A stretch of DNA of 63,454 nucleotides, filler included, from Pelomyxa schiedti (Eukaryota; Protista; Evosea): assembly GCA_020536535.1 (NCBI GenBank). It is 9 parts of 9 records of this genome, joined end to end, with 100 filler letters (N's around TTAATTAATTAA, not from the genome) between each part and the next. Parts side by side here need not be neighbours in the genome. Positions count along the whole stretch, not along the records: positions 25,360 to 27,001 come from JAHLWZ010002362.1; positions 27,102 to 32,490 come from JAHLWZ010001501.1; positions 32,591 to 34,618 come from JAHLWZ010002168.1; positions 34,719 to 53,260 come from JAHLWZ010001116.1; 5 more parts are not named here. One strand, given 5' to 3'. Under the pieces are notes generated by a model. It was not told where the DNA came from and did no database searches. It saw only the letters and a list, made by a program, of their open reading frames with translations. The translations under genes and the position numbers were made by a program. Below are positions 25,360 through 37,683 of the stretch, piece by piece (position 1 is the stretch's first letter; every line of letters starts with the position of its first letter).

Positions 25360-25939
25360 TCCTTAAACTTTTTAACTCCGTTCCTTAAACGTTCCTTAAA
25401 CTCATTAACTCCGCTGCCTAAACGCGCCGGAAACTCTACAAGCGGGAATAAAAATTGGTTTTATCCCCGGAGGAGGGTTGGATATCGATAGTATTCTTGC
25501 TGCAGATCAAAACAGAACCAGGCAAATCCTGAACACTGTCATTATGGCAAGACATACTGATAGTAAAGAGCCTAACCCGGTTACCAATATTATAAACAGG
25601 AATCAAAGAATTTGCAGCAGGAGGAGACGAAAGCCGGCAAGGTCTCATGAACGCCGCCCCAGTATCACTGCAAGCAGTGCCAGCAGTGCCTGACAAACCA
25701 AAATTCTTGGCCGAAAGTCTGAAAGTGCCTCCAAGAGAACGTATTTTTTCCCCTCCTTCTCCAGGCTTGGGTGATAGTTATTTGACGTCATCACCAAAAA
25801 ACAGAAGGCAGAACTGTGTTTACGACACATTGATGAATGAGTTCCATTCAATTCCACGCTTTAGTGTAGAGTGTGGAAGCAACACTGACAGCATCCAAGT
25901 TGGTAAACGAAGAGGCCCACCTAAAATCCAATTTCCAAG

Positions 25940-26194
25940 CCACCTATTGACAACGGCTTAGTAATGGTAACCTACCTGATGCCTGAGCGAGCCGCCATGG
26001 CAATCTCTGCCCTGAATGGAAAAACGGTGAACTCTACCCCTGGCCAAACCGATACCATCAGGGCTGTACTTAAAGAGGACTGTGAGAAGACAGTGGGGAA
26101 CATAGGTATCCTCCAACCACACCAACCGGCAAACTCCAACTTGCAAACCCACAGAGAGCTTGACAGTGTGGATCTACTTCTACTTCGATGGTGA
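25940..26194 (+). pseudogene. RRM-like fragment
   Basis: NGLVMVTYLMPERAAMAISALNGKTV resembles the RRM beta3-alpha2 segment; no intact gene around it. Confidence 0.3.
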
Positions 26195-26712
26195 ACAGCC
26201 CTACTCCATCCCACCACCCTCTGCCTTCCAAGCTTTTGGTGACATTACTGATTACCAGGATTTGACGCTCCCAGGAGGATTTGGCACAAGTGGTCAGTAA
26301 AGGTCTTTTGGCCTTTTTCTAATGATACCTCCTAGTTCAAGTGACGTACAAATACCCTGAGGCTGCCCAATTTATCTGTGAAAAGTTTAACCAAGCAGAA
26401 GTACTTTTTTTTGTTGTCCCTCGCGTCAAAAAGTGCCAGGGTTTGTTGTAATGCCATAGCTATGGTGTTTTCGCATTAAGCAGTACAACTAACTGCTCTA
26501 AGGGTTGTTGTAGTTGCGTTATCATCCCCATGGCCTTCCAACAGCTCTTAGCTTTAGATCATAGTCCTTTTTTGTTGGTTTTGTTCCACTCTCTTTATCA
26601 TAACTAGGAAATGGTCCTCCACTTCTGAATTGAAGCAGCCTGGTCCAACTTTCAGTCTTGAGATGCGTGAGTTATTTGTTTGATTGTTTGTTAATCTCAC
26701 ATGTTTTGTTAG

Positions 26713-27001
26713 ATGATCCAAGGAGACCATTTGACATCTCAACAGAAAGAAGAGCTCATATCTCTATTGAACAGTAACCGCAAAGTATTCGCCACATGTG
26801 CGGAAGAACTTGGAGAGATGAAAGGAATTGAACATGAAATCAAGCTAACGTCTAACGTACCTATTGACGACAGACGCCAAACGGCAAATCCGGCCAAGAG
26901 AGAGCTGGAAAAGCAGGAAGCGCAGAAGTTACTTGATACTGGTGTAGCAAGATGGAGCAAGAGCCCATACTCAGCGCCAGTAGTACTTGTCAAGAAGAAA
27001 G
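26713..27001 (+). mobile_element. Ty3/Gypsy pol fragment (linker and start of RT), truncated by contig end
   Basis: LTSQQKEELISLL...VFA...LGEMKGIEHEIKL...LLDTGVARWSKSPYSAPVVLVKKK. Confidence 0.85.
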
Positions 27002-27478
27002 NNNNNNNNNNNNNNNNNNNNNNNNNNNNNNNNNNNNNNNNNNNNTTAATTAATTAANNNNNNNNNNNNNNNNNNNNNNNNNNNNNNNNNNNNNNNNNNN
27101 NACCACTAATGCATGAGGTCCACAGTAACCGTTTAATATGAACTTTTGGAGATGCCAAGATCTTCACCACGCCTCGGCATTGAGCCGGGGAACGATGCCA
27201 AAAATCACTACGCACTGCCCTTTCCTCTGATGTAGTTAACTCCTTCGCATCGCCTTTTGTTTGCCTGGTTTTTTTTTTTTGAAGAGGTTTTTTTTCGCAG
27301 CCATCACTTTCTCATCAGCCAGTTGCCAAGGGGGGGAATTTATAGGAGTTCTTTTGCCGATTCCCCCAGTATTGCACTCCACCGTCCTTCCAATCAACTT
27401 AGCCAGGCACCCGTTTGGTGTTTTGAGCGGGGCCATCAGATCGTCGTTTCATCTCCTTTTTTTCGGTGTTTTCATTTG

Positions 27479-29199
27479 ATGATGCGAGGGGGTTCATCAA
27501 ACCAACGGGCGCCGCCTCCGTCTGCCCAGCCCAAGTCCGCCCCCGTGCCCGGCCGTCCCCCATCCTCGCCCCAGCCGTCTGCGCTGCGCACGCAGCGCCA
27601 CGCGCAGCAGGCCGCGCCGCCGGCATCGGCCGCCTCCGCGGCGCGCTCCAATACGCGCACCTCCTCTTCCGCGAGCCACTCGGCCACAGCGTCCGTACGA
27701 CAACCGGCCACGAGCTCCAGAAGCCCGAGCCCTGGCACTGCCTCGTCGGCAACGCAAATTGTGTCACGAGGGCCTGGGGCTGTTGCACAAAGAGTCGCTT
27801 CGCCGAAGCCTGCTAATACTCCCTCTAGCGCTGTTAGGCCATCTCCACTTAGAAACAGTTCTAATTCCACCACCACCACCCCTACTAAACCCTCTAATCA
27901 ACCAACACCAAACCGTTCGAATTCCAGTTCCAATTTTAGTAGTACCAGCACAAGAGCAAATACTACAACTACCACCACAGCAACACATACCCCACTATCA
28001 CCTGTCAAGCCGGCATCACCCAATTTTGTCACTAAACCGGCTACACCTACTGTTCATTCACATCACCCTCCTCTTCCGGCTACCACAGCACAGCGCAATA
28101 CATCGACCTCACCCTCTCTACCATCAACTAGTTCCAAGTTACAGCCACACACTTCTTCTTTACATCCCACAAAGCAAAATTTTGCAACCCAGTCACCCAC
28201 TGCTAATCATTCCCCACACTCAGCACAATTACCTTTATCTGAGTCAGGTATTCATTCATCTGATAATACAAGTATCCATTTCACTTTCAAAGTTGAAATC
28301 AAACTCAATAACTTAATTAATTTATGACTTCCCATCCCATAGTATCTCCTCTCTAATCAAACAGAGCACATGGAGAACTCCAATACCTCCGTTACTCCAT
28401 GTGATTTTGTTATTATGGGTAGTCCGGCACATCAGATCCTACTTCTCAAAGAACAAGTAGCAGCTCACCAGGCTGTGGCAAATGCTGCCAACAACCTAGT
28501 CTCAGCGAAACAAGAGGAGTTATCTTTCCTCGATGGTAAGCATTTTATCCCTTTGATTTTCACCCTTAATTCAACTGTTCCATTTTAGAAAAGGATAGAG
28601 AGTTGAGAGAACAAATTGGTATTATGAACAAAAAAAACGTTTTTTTTATTTATTGATTCATGCACTAGAGAGAAGAGAGGTGGACATAGCTTTGCTTAAA
28701 GGTTGCTTCTTAAGATGATGTTCAATTACTCATTCAAGCATAGGCCAACTGGAACTGAAGTGCAGTGAGCTGACACACTTCCACGATTCCAATGATACAC
28801 TGTCCGCAAAGCTTGCTACCTTTCAGGACTCAGCACATGAGTTGGAAAGTAGTATTATTTCATACATCATTTCTTTAAAGTAAGCCGCTCCCTCCTTTTT
28901 TTCTCTCCAAAGTGTCTATTGAGACGATGAAGAAGACCCACTTAGAAGAATTAGAGGCTTTACAACAACGCAAAGAAGAGCATCGAAGAAGCATGGCTCA
29001 ATTCTATGAAAGAATGAACCAAATGGCCCAAGCCATTGCACCCCCAACACTGCACAACCACCACTCTGAAAACTACCACCGTGTGCAGTCACAATCAATT
29101 ACATTGACATCCTCACCATCACACAAAGGTGAGAACGGAACAAGTAACCACCCAGTAAAGCCACCAGACCAAGACCAAGCACAAATTGAGAAGGACTAA
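27479..29199 (+). CDS. Ser/Thr/Pro-rich N-terminus + coiled-coil protein (multi-exon)
   Basis: Long low-complexity exon from ATG 27479, heptad-rich exons 28370-29020, stop at 29199. Confidence 0.6.
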
Positions 29200-29275
29200 T
29201 GTGCTATTTAGTGTATTCTATAATTTTGAGGCAACATAAAACTAGAACCCTTATTAAATAAGGGAGTACATATTT

Positions 29276-30531
29276 TCAATCCTTTTTCACAACAAATGCC
29301 GGAACTCTTTGCAATAATGCTTCCTTGTGTAAATTCTCCTCAATATCTGGAATAAGGCCCCCCTACCATAACCAAGAAGTATTACAAGAAGAAGGGGAAA
29401 TGATGAGGGATACCTGAAAAGAAAGGTCCCCAAACGCCATTAAGTCATCATACACCCACCACCCAAATGTAGTTGGAGCTACAACCTTGTAATGACAGAA
29501 TTCGGATTTCGGGTGCAAAAAGAAGCTCAGCTGTTAAAGTGTAAGTGTCTCTTCTCGATAACTTCAGGTACCATACAAAGGACACCAGGTGGTATTTTTG
29601 CGTAAGGGAGTCAAGAAGTTCTGCGGAAAAAGATTTCGCAATGGCATAACCCGTATTAAATGCCACAATATACACATTGTTGAAGCCCTTACTGGACTTG
29701 GCTAGAGCTGAGAGAATACTCTGTGTTGTTGTGCAAGTTGATATATCTACTTAAAAGTTAACCCCACGATTCCTTACACTTTACTTACTACACAGAATCC
29801 AACCAGAAGAATCCACTGGCAGCCCCGAATTTAAATGAAAGGGCATGCACTCAGTCAAAATTAAAAGTAAAGCCCGCAGAGAACAGTGTGTTTGCCCATA
29901 TGCAAATCCGTGTCTCTGAAACCAGTCCCAGACTGGCTGATACTCTTGGCGGCACGTGGCAGCAACTCTCCACTCTTGAGGTTAGAGAAGTACACAATGA
30001 CATTGGTAGTGATTTTAGAGTGGTACCTGCACCAGAGTTGGAATCCTCATTTCCATCGATTATAACTTGAATGAGGGCACCCAAGCCATGAGGCAATGAC
30101 ATGACTTCTCTTCACCCTGACGTTAAGGCGATGCGAAAAAGTACAAAAAAACGGATATGTCACCCACAAGTCCACTTCACAAACCTGTTGCTGTGCTTAC
30201 TGAATGCAGACCTCTGCCCCAATTGCAAAACATGACACCTCAGCGGGGTTACCGTGGCAGCAAGCATCACGGCCGCGTCCAGCCAACAATTCAGACCCTT
30301 TGAGTGACATGCCGGCCCACCAAAAACATGGCTCACAACGCTGTACTCAGCAGTGCACACGTGGAGCCTGTGTGCAACAGCCCCAAACGGCGTCACAACG
30401 CGATTGGCCTTAAATAGCGCCGAGGGCGTGGATTCTACGGCAGCCCTGACCTTGGAATTCTTCTTGCCTCGGTTGTGTTGGGACAGCCGTTGTGCCGTTC
30501 GCGGTCTTGTGTACCTCACAACACAACTCAT
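29276..30531 (-). CDS. Hypothetical protein (multi-exon)
   Basis: ORFs 30160-30531, 29851-30102 and 29448-29675 are separated by short GT-AG introns; last exon ends ...VPAFVVKKD*. Confidence 0.45.
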
Positions 30532-30614
30532 GACAAGAAAGAAACAAACAACGGCCGTTGTTTTTGGGTTTTTTTTCAGGAACAGAACGTGCCCGAGCGG
30601 TTTTTGTGCAGAGG

Positions 30615-32490
30615 TTACTTTTTCTTGCTGTGTGTGGTCCTCTTGGGGGCTTGCGAGGTGGATTCTGCCTTGTGCCTTTGTCTCTTGTTGAGAACCTCAA
30701 GGTAGTGCCTAGGAAGGAGTGTTATAATGCTTCATGAAGCAGTATTTCAAAACCTGACTGGGAAATACACAAAGAGTACAAGTAAAACGGAAACTCCTAC
30801 GAGAACCCAACCTGCCTTTACGAGAAGAGGGGCTGGCTGAGTAAACTTCCCTGATCCCCATTTAACAGTGATCATTGTTTCCAATGTTACAACTGCAGTG
30901 CATATCCATGCATTGGGCCCAAAGAACTTCACATTCCTTTGTTTAAGTTGAGAATTGGAAAAACAAAAAAGAAACTTACGGGTCAATAATGAATTCGTAG
31001 TATTCGCGCAATGCTGGCCCTGTCAATATAAACATAACAAACAGTCGGCAAATGTTGATGGGATGAGGAGGTGGAATCCAAAGAAGAAATTTGAGGAAGA
31101 AGGCGCCAAGGTCCACCATAGTGATCTTGAGGAATTCAGAACAAAAAGAATAACTCAGGAAACTCACCATAAATAAAAGCAATAGGACATAACAAAATCT
31201 CTTCCAAGACGAGAACATCCCCCAATGATAACGCTTGAGAGATTCAGGTAAGAATTGCCCAAATGCTCTCTTGACTGTTCCTTTAAAGGTCCTTATTCGA
31301 GTCACACCAGTCCAAGAATATGTCTGGAGTAGAAGTTGGAAAAAGAGGGTCTAGCTTGGCGGGGAAGTACTTTGAGATCGAAAATCTGCAGAGTAAAGTA
31401 GCCCATAACGATTCCGAGGCCATTGCAAAAGATTATATCCAAAAGGATCTGGCAACTGTGAGAAACTAAAAAGTAAAAAATAAGTGCCGACATACATGGT
31501 CCCACCAGCACTCGGCAAAATTTGGGAGCCAATGTTGGAATGCAAGCTCAGTAAACTCGAACATTACACTGGCGACGAGTACTAGATTTAAGTCACGAAG
31601 AAGAATAGTCTTGCACCACCAGCAAATTCTATTCAGGTTAAATACAATGACTATTATAGGGGAATTTCAACATATGCCCAATGAAAAATTCGTCTTTCAC
31701 TGTGTCCTGTAACAAATTACTTCAAGTCTTTAATGCAGAGCGACATACCCACAGATTTTTCATTGGATTGCCCGAAGGATCATCTGGTGTCCACAATTCA
31801 CAGTGCGCAGCATAATCACGCTCTGGCAAAGGGACACCCTTTTTCCCTGTTAAAATAATTGGTAGTATGCATTATATTTACAAGTGCGGGGTCAATATAT
31901 TTCAATAGCTGCCGTGCGTCATCTACATCCTGAGAAAAGAATTTCAGTGTTGCAATAGGTGAGAAAGGTTACTTGGAAGAACAAGAACATCAATATCATC
32001 ATATAGAGAAGAGAGACACCAGTGACAGCTCTCCACAAAAGTGGGTGTGGACGACTGAACAAGCCATCCTTCAGTTGCAATGCACAAAAAACTACAAATG
32101 CCAGAGCCGAACTGAATAAACCCCTATAAAATCGTGTGAGTACAGGCCGTTGAAACCAAGAGTTTCCCAAAACAGGTGCGCACCACTTCACATTGCTGCC
32201 AGTACCAGATGTAGCATCGCGCGTGTAACCGAAATAAACCAGCAAAGCGGCGCCCACAACGATAGCGGTCACCGTGTGCGGTTGCATAACAAACTCTCCC
32301 AAGTCGAAGTTCTTGTGCTCTTTCCTTATCTCCTCGAACGCAGCACGAGATGAGTAAGAAGCGGGGGGAGGGAGCCGGATCTGAGACAACAGCGACACAT
32401 GAGGGGAGGTCTACGATGGGGCAGGGACTGAGGACCAGTGTGAGCGAAGAGGCCGCGGGCTTGGAGGAAGAAAGGGCTGCGTTCGAGGAG
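30615..32490 (-). CDS. PTDSS: Phosphatidylserine synthase, base-exchange type (5'-truncated)
   Basis: PHTVT, DGLFSRPHPLLWR, ERDYAAHC, FEFTELAFQHWLPNFAECWWDH|ILLDIIFCNGLGI, KRAFGQFLP, FFLKFLLWIPPPHP, ALREYY. Confidence 0.95.
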
Positions 32491-33425
32491 NNNNNNNNNN
32501 NNNNNNNNNNNNNNNNNNNNNNNNNNNNNNNNNNTTAATTAATTAANNNNNNNNNNNNNNNNNNNNNNNNNNNNNNNNNNNNNNNNNNNNGAGTTTGGGT
32601 GGGTCTGGCAGCATCAGTCATTTTGGGGATAGCCAGCAGCAAAGCAAGCAAGCAAGCAAGCAAGCAGCATTTTGGGGGCATACAGAGTACAACAGAGGCT
32701 ATTGTTACATTTGCAGCAAAAACACCCTTCTTCTTCTTCTTCTGGTAGATAATACAGGCGGGGGAATTGCCTCGTGCTTGTAGGGGGTACTCCCAAAAAA
32801 AAAAGGTGTTCCTTGATTTATCGTATGCATGCTTTTTAGCTGGATCCGGTTGGTGTTTTGGTGCCGGTTCGGTACTGAAACGCCGTCTCCCCTTACACTA
32901 GGAAACCCCCTTCCTTTAAATCAAACATCAATCAAGATTGTGTGAAATCAAGAGTAAAACAAACCGCGTTGTAAGCGGGTTGGGTGTAGGACGTACTTCC
33001 TGGAAAGACTGCCTTTTGGGGCTCAACCTTGTTGTAATTGAAGACATACATTAAGCTCTGTCAATCGAACTCTGTTAAGTCTCTTACGAGTTAAATTCGG
33101 TCGTCACTGCAACCATACCTGCTTGGGAATCGGGAACCAACAGGAGGAGATAATCTGTTCCAGGGCTGGGACGATCCCTCCAGAACTCTGGTGGATCCAC
33201 AGTGTGGGCCCCCTGATTTCTGGGGGGCAATATCTTCAAAGGAATAGTTTTATAAAACACGAAGTCTCATTTTCTAGGTAGCAACAACTACGGTATAACG
33301 GAAAAAATCCTTCACGACTTGTTCCTTCCCACTGAATCCAACAAAAAACTCGAAAAATAGAAATTTACGAAATTTTAATTGCAAGAGTATTTGTACAACA
33401 ACAGAGGGGCCAGGACGGTTTTGGG

Positions 33426-34618
33426 CTAGTTGCTGCCTGGAGTTGCTTTTTTGGAATCCCCCTCCTCACCATCACCATCACCTTTTGGGGTTGATGTTGC
33501 TTTATGGTTATCTTGTTGTGTCTCTTTGGTTGCTGCTGGAATGACAAGGCTGGTGCTGGTGCTGTCTGTTTCTGTTTGGTTGGAATTGTTGATTGTAGTG
33601 GTGTGGTTGTTGGGTTCTGTTGTAGGTTCTGTGGGTGTATGTGATTGTGGTTCCTGTGGCTTCTCTGGTTGCGTTTCTTGCCTCTGCTCTGGTTCCGGTT
33701 TCAGTTGTGGCTGCTGGTCTTTTTCCTGTTCCGGGTTTGGTTTGGGTTGCTGTGACTGCTGTGGTTGGTTGTGTAGTTGGTCACCCAGGATTGTCTGAAT
33801 TTCGAACAAAGTGGGTGTGTCAAGCAGCGCAAATAGGTTGAGATCGATAGTGCAATGAGATTGGATGGAGGTACTTCCATCATATCGCCGGCCTTTGTGA
33901 TTGTGGTTACTAAGGAGCGCAAGGTGAGGGTGGTGCTGCTGAAGTATTTCGGCGATTTGACACAGCTTCTGTGCGGATGGGGCATCCCTCAAGAACTGCT
34001 CGAGTGATACTTTTATGTAATCAAGTTGATCTTTGAGATTCTGGTCCGGTTCAGATTCCACTTCAGTGGTGTTTTGAGAATGCAACATTCCTCTCCTGGG
34101 GTGGAATTGCTTGTGTACTTGGAGTGCTTGGTTTATTTGTTCCTCATGGCTTTTAGCCAAGAGTAACATGTTTTCCTTGGAGGATCGTGGTGTTTGCCTT
34201 CCCGACGAAGACTGTATTAAGCGGCCTAGATGCCTGCTCTTTGTAGATGGCCTAAGTGATGCGGATATGTCGGCCGAATGTTTAGGTGATGTAGATGTAT
34301 GCGAAGTTACTTCAGCAACTCGGCCCGGTGGATCAGTGCAAGGCAGTATCTGTACGGCAGGGGTGGATGTGGAAGGTACACCATCAGTTGCGGGAAGGGT
34401 GGCAGTGTTTGAGTCTTCCAGGTCTGGAACATTAGACGATTCAGAAGTGGGGAAAACTCGCTTCAGTTTTCCTTCTAGAACTTTTAATAACTTCTCAGCT
34501 GCGAGGTGAACCCGATGGCCTACTGGATTGTACAGCATAGCATTGGCAAAAATAAGCCTCATGTCGGATGCAAATTCCAGGCAATTTCTGTAGCTGTCCC
34601 TGCTTGCTAGCTTATTTT
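33426..34618 (-). CDS. Bromodomain + ET-like domain protein (BET/GTE-like), 5'-truncated
   Basis: YRNCLEFASDMRLIFANAMLYNPVGHRVHLAAEKL (bromodomain C-half); KLCQIAEILQQH...IDLNLFALLDTPTLFEI (ET-like). Confidence 0.85.
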
Positions 34619-34759
34619 NNNNNNNNNNNNNNNNNNNNNNNNNNNNNNNNNNNNNNNNNNNNTTAATTAATTAANNNNNNNNNNNNNNNNNNNNNNNNNN
34701 NNNNNNNNNNNNNNNNNNCCCCCCCCCCCCCCCCCCCCAAAAAAAAAAGTGATACGTAC

Positions 34760-34893
34760 GACAAGGTCTTTATGCCCAAAACGGATCCCACATTTGCGAA
34801 GAACGAGTGCAAAATGTCCGCAGTAACCGCCGAGGCTACGTTTCCCACAATTACGGCTTTTTTACCTGATGCAGCACCGTCAATCTGCGCCAT
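34760..34893 (-). CDS. First exon of an RRM RNA-binding protein (rest lost at contig end)
   Basis: MAQIDG...KAVIVGNVASAVTADILHSFFANVGSV (RNP2 and alpha1), followed by a gtacgt donor. Confidence 0.7.
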
Positions 34894-35226
34894 CAAAGCG
34901 CACCAAGCACCCGCCTGTTTTCCCCTTTGTTTTGTTTGTTTTGTTTCGTCGTCCTTCGATCCACAAACCTGGCTCACCCGTGAATCTCCAATACCCTGGC
35001 CGGATGAGAACACTGCTGTGTCCTAGTCATCAGATCTTCTCAGAGGCAATACTGCTGTGGCTTGGGACTCAGGAGTGATCGGCACATCCAAAAAGGACAT
35101 ACAATGCAAAGTGTACTAACAGCGGGAATTTCTGTGATTCCGCTAATCGCATAGATTCGCCCGGTAATTAACAAACTTGCAGTGCACAAACAAACACACA
35201 TAAAAAAACATAAAAATTGAGATGCA

Positions 35227-37558
35227 ATGCTGCTGGTAAAACCGTCGCCGATTTCCGGTGCCGACGACAGCAGCAGCGGTTCCTGCACAGACCAAGATCT
35301 GGGCCACATGAAGATCTCCTCCTCCTCATCCTCATTCCCTTGCGACGAACCTAAAGGCCGGACTTTGTTGCAGAACACTCCTTCAATTCAGCGCTCGCCG
35401 TCCTCTTCGCCGCTAGTTTCGCCCGTTTCCTCGCCGTCCCCGACAGTATCTCCGATTTTCTCGTCTATGCGCAATCCACACTCTGCGGCGCCGCTCGCTT
35501 CTGAAAACACGCACGCTCCATCTCGCCTGGAGTCTTCAATTGCCTCGGCTCTTTCGGGCGCGGCATGTGGCGAACCCATGAACACCGGGACAACGACTAC
35601 TGTTGTCGACGTTGCACTGGCGCTGTCTTCTTCGATGTGCCGCAACAACTCGGCGCAGTTTCGGCAGCACAAGCATAACCACAAGCACCATTGCAGCTCG
35701 GGACACCATCACCGGTCTCACAATCACCAGCCTGTCAAGGTTGAAACCTCAGGGGAGCTGTTTGCTGGTGTAGACATAGTAAGGCCCATTTCTGATGTAG
35801 CAGCACCAGCCTCCGGTATCTATGGGGAACCTCGTGGGGCGAGCTCTGGTCTGATAGGGCCTCTAGGGACTTCTGAGAAACCCGGACAGCCGAATTTCAA
35901 ACTTTCCAGAGGGGACGGCTATTTTCTCCAAGATAAGGAAATGAATGAAGCTTACACAACAAGTCAAAGGCCCCCTCTTCGTCCTGTTGCTCAACGAAAT
36001 GCTCAAATGCCAGCAATTTCTAGCAAGAGCACAACTCATATCTCTCAGGGACCCTTTCCCACCTTCATATCGCCGTCACTATCGCCGGCATTGACACCCA
36101 CCCCATCACCGAATTGCTCTCCCAAGGAAGAAATCCGGATACCACTCCTGAGTTCACCCTATCTGCCTCCCATCCTCTCCCGCATGCAAGCAACTGCTCC
36201 TGCACTACAAAAAACTGTACACGTGAACTGCAGTAGCGCATTGGAAAGAGTGCAACTAGATGTGCCTGTAACGTCTTGCACCACAGTAAGAGAATTCAGT
36301 GGTGTGGCTCAGTCATTGTTAGCCAACAAGCTCGCGCATTCTCTTCCCGATATTAAAGGTTTTGCACCACAGCCGGGATTGATACTGGATGCAACAAGGG
36401 ATAGGTCAAAAGGATACAACAAATACCTAGACAGTCCGATACTGCACTACATCGAGTATGTACTTTGAATATACTTTTTTTTTGCTAATTTTAAAATGAT
36501 TTAGAGACAACTCATTCCTTGAGTTGGTTTCGTACCCTGAATTCTCGGAAGAGAAGCCTTACTCTATGATGCGCAATTCTATGGACAACCGCTATTTAGC
36601 AACCACTTCACTTGAGGAAAAATGCTTGGAAGCCATGTCTCCCTTGGAATCTCGATGTGAAGAACAACCTACCAGCACTCCACTGCAGTTTCAACAGCCT
36701 GAGAGAGAGGTTCTCCAACCGCTATGTCTCAAACCCAATCCTGGGCATCAGGCCCATTGTTCCCCCAAGCTATCATCTTCCTATCCGACGAAATCTGACC
36801 AGTGCCAAAACAGTGCAGAGCGACCTCAGTCGACACTTGGGGTAGACGCGAACATAAATATGTTGGCCCCTAGCCCTGTGCAAATTCCAATACAAACCCC
36901 TATACCAATTCCGGCAACGTCGTTGACACCTCTTCCATGTACCTCAGAGCCTTCAACTGGTCTCTGCCACAAGACGCCTCACCCTAAAAAAAACCATGAG
37001 CAGAAGTGCGTAAAACACGGAAATAAGCATGCTCCACACGAAGGGAACAGATACAAAGAGAATGAAGAAAAAGCTGACACTGAGCGGAACTCTAGAAACA
37101 CGACGAGCTGCGGACCTGACCACACACACCTCGACAACTTAAGCCAAAGAGACTGCACTGATAGTGATGACACTGCTACAGAGCCCGAGCAACCATCACC
37201 AAAAAAGATGAGGTTTCAGCCTGTCTTTGAATACAGCATGATGGACATTGCCGAGTCTACACGCAAAACTGCACAAAATACGAGCTGTCACCGTTGCAAA
37301 ACACGCAAACCACAGGTTCTTGCCCTCCCTGTTCATTCACCATCGCTCATCTTCCCCAATAGTGCCTAGTATGCCCAATGAACGAAAAGCACAAAGTACA
37401 TTCCTCATTCCTTTTTTCTGCATTCTCATTAAGCTAACCCTTTCCAGTTCTGTGTTGTATGCCTCGAAAGACACCACAATACGCTGGTGATACCTAACAC
37501 TGGATGCCCCCTGTGCACCCAATCTTGCACTTGTGCCATGTGCCGGAAAAAATTTTGA
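35227..37558 (+). CDS. Protein with C-terminal zf-4CXXC_R1 (CDCA7/R1-type) zinc finger and a central ubiquitin-like segment
   Basis: Spliced TSCHRCKTRKPQ|CLVCPMNEKHK|FCVVCLERHH...GCPLCTQSCTCAMCRKKF*. Confidence 0.8.
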
Positions 37559-37683
37559 TAGTTGGCACTTGAACCTCTGGATTTTTGGCCCCTGTTTAGT
37601 GTTGTACTAGGAAAAAAGCTAAAGAGCAAGAAACCATATCTTATTTTACACATAGCCAAAGGATTGGGGTATTGATTTCTCTT

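Noticed and set aside
25360-25425. Short TCCTTAAAC/TTAACTCCG repeats at a contig start, as telomere or CRISPR
   Set aside because: Only 2-4 irregular copies with no constant spacing
27102-27240. tRNA-like or Sm-site snRNA-like sequence on the minus strand (GATTTTTGG plus hairpin)
   Set aside because: No cloverleaf or snRNA-specific motifs; the same strand has an open frame running to the contig edge, so it is more likely an exon
29400-29490. TTFGWW resembling a fucosyltransferase motif
   Set aside because: Single short motif, with no HxRxxD or other supporting motifs seen
32591-33360. Possible small spliced gene downstream of the bromodomain gene
   Set aside because: Splice-like sites are present, but no frame I tried gave a convincing protein
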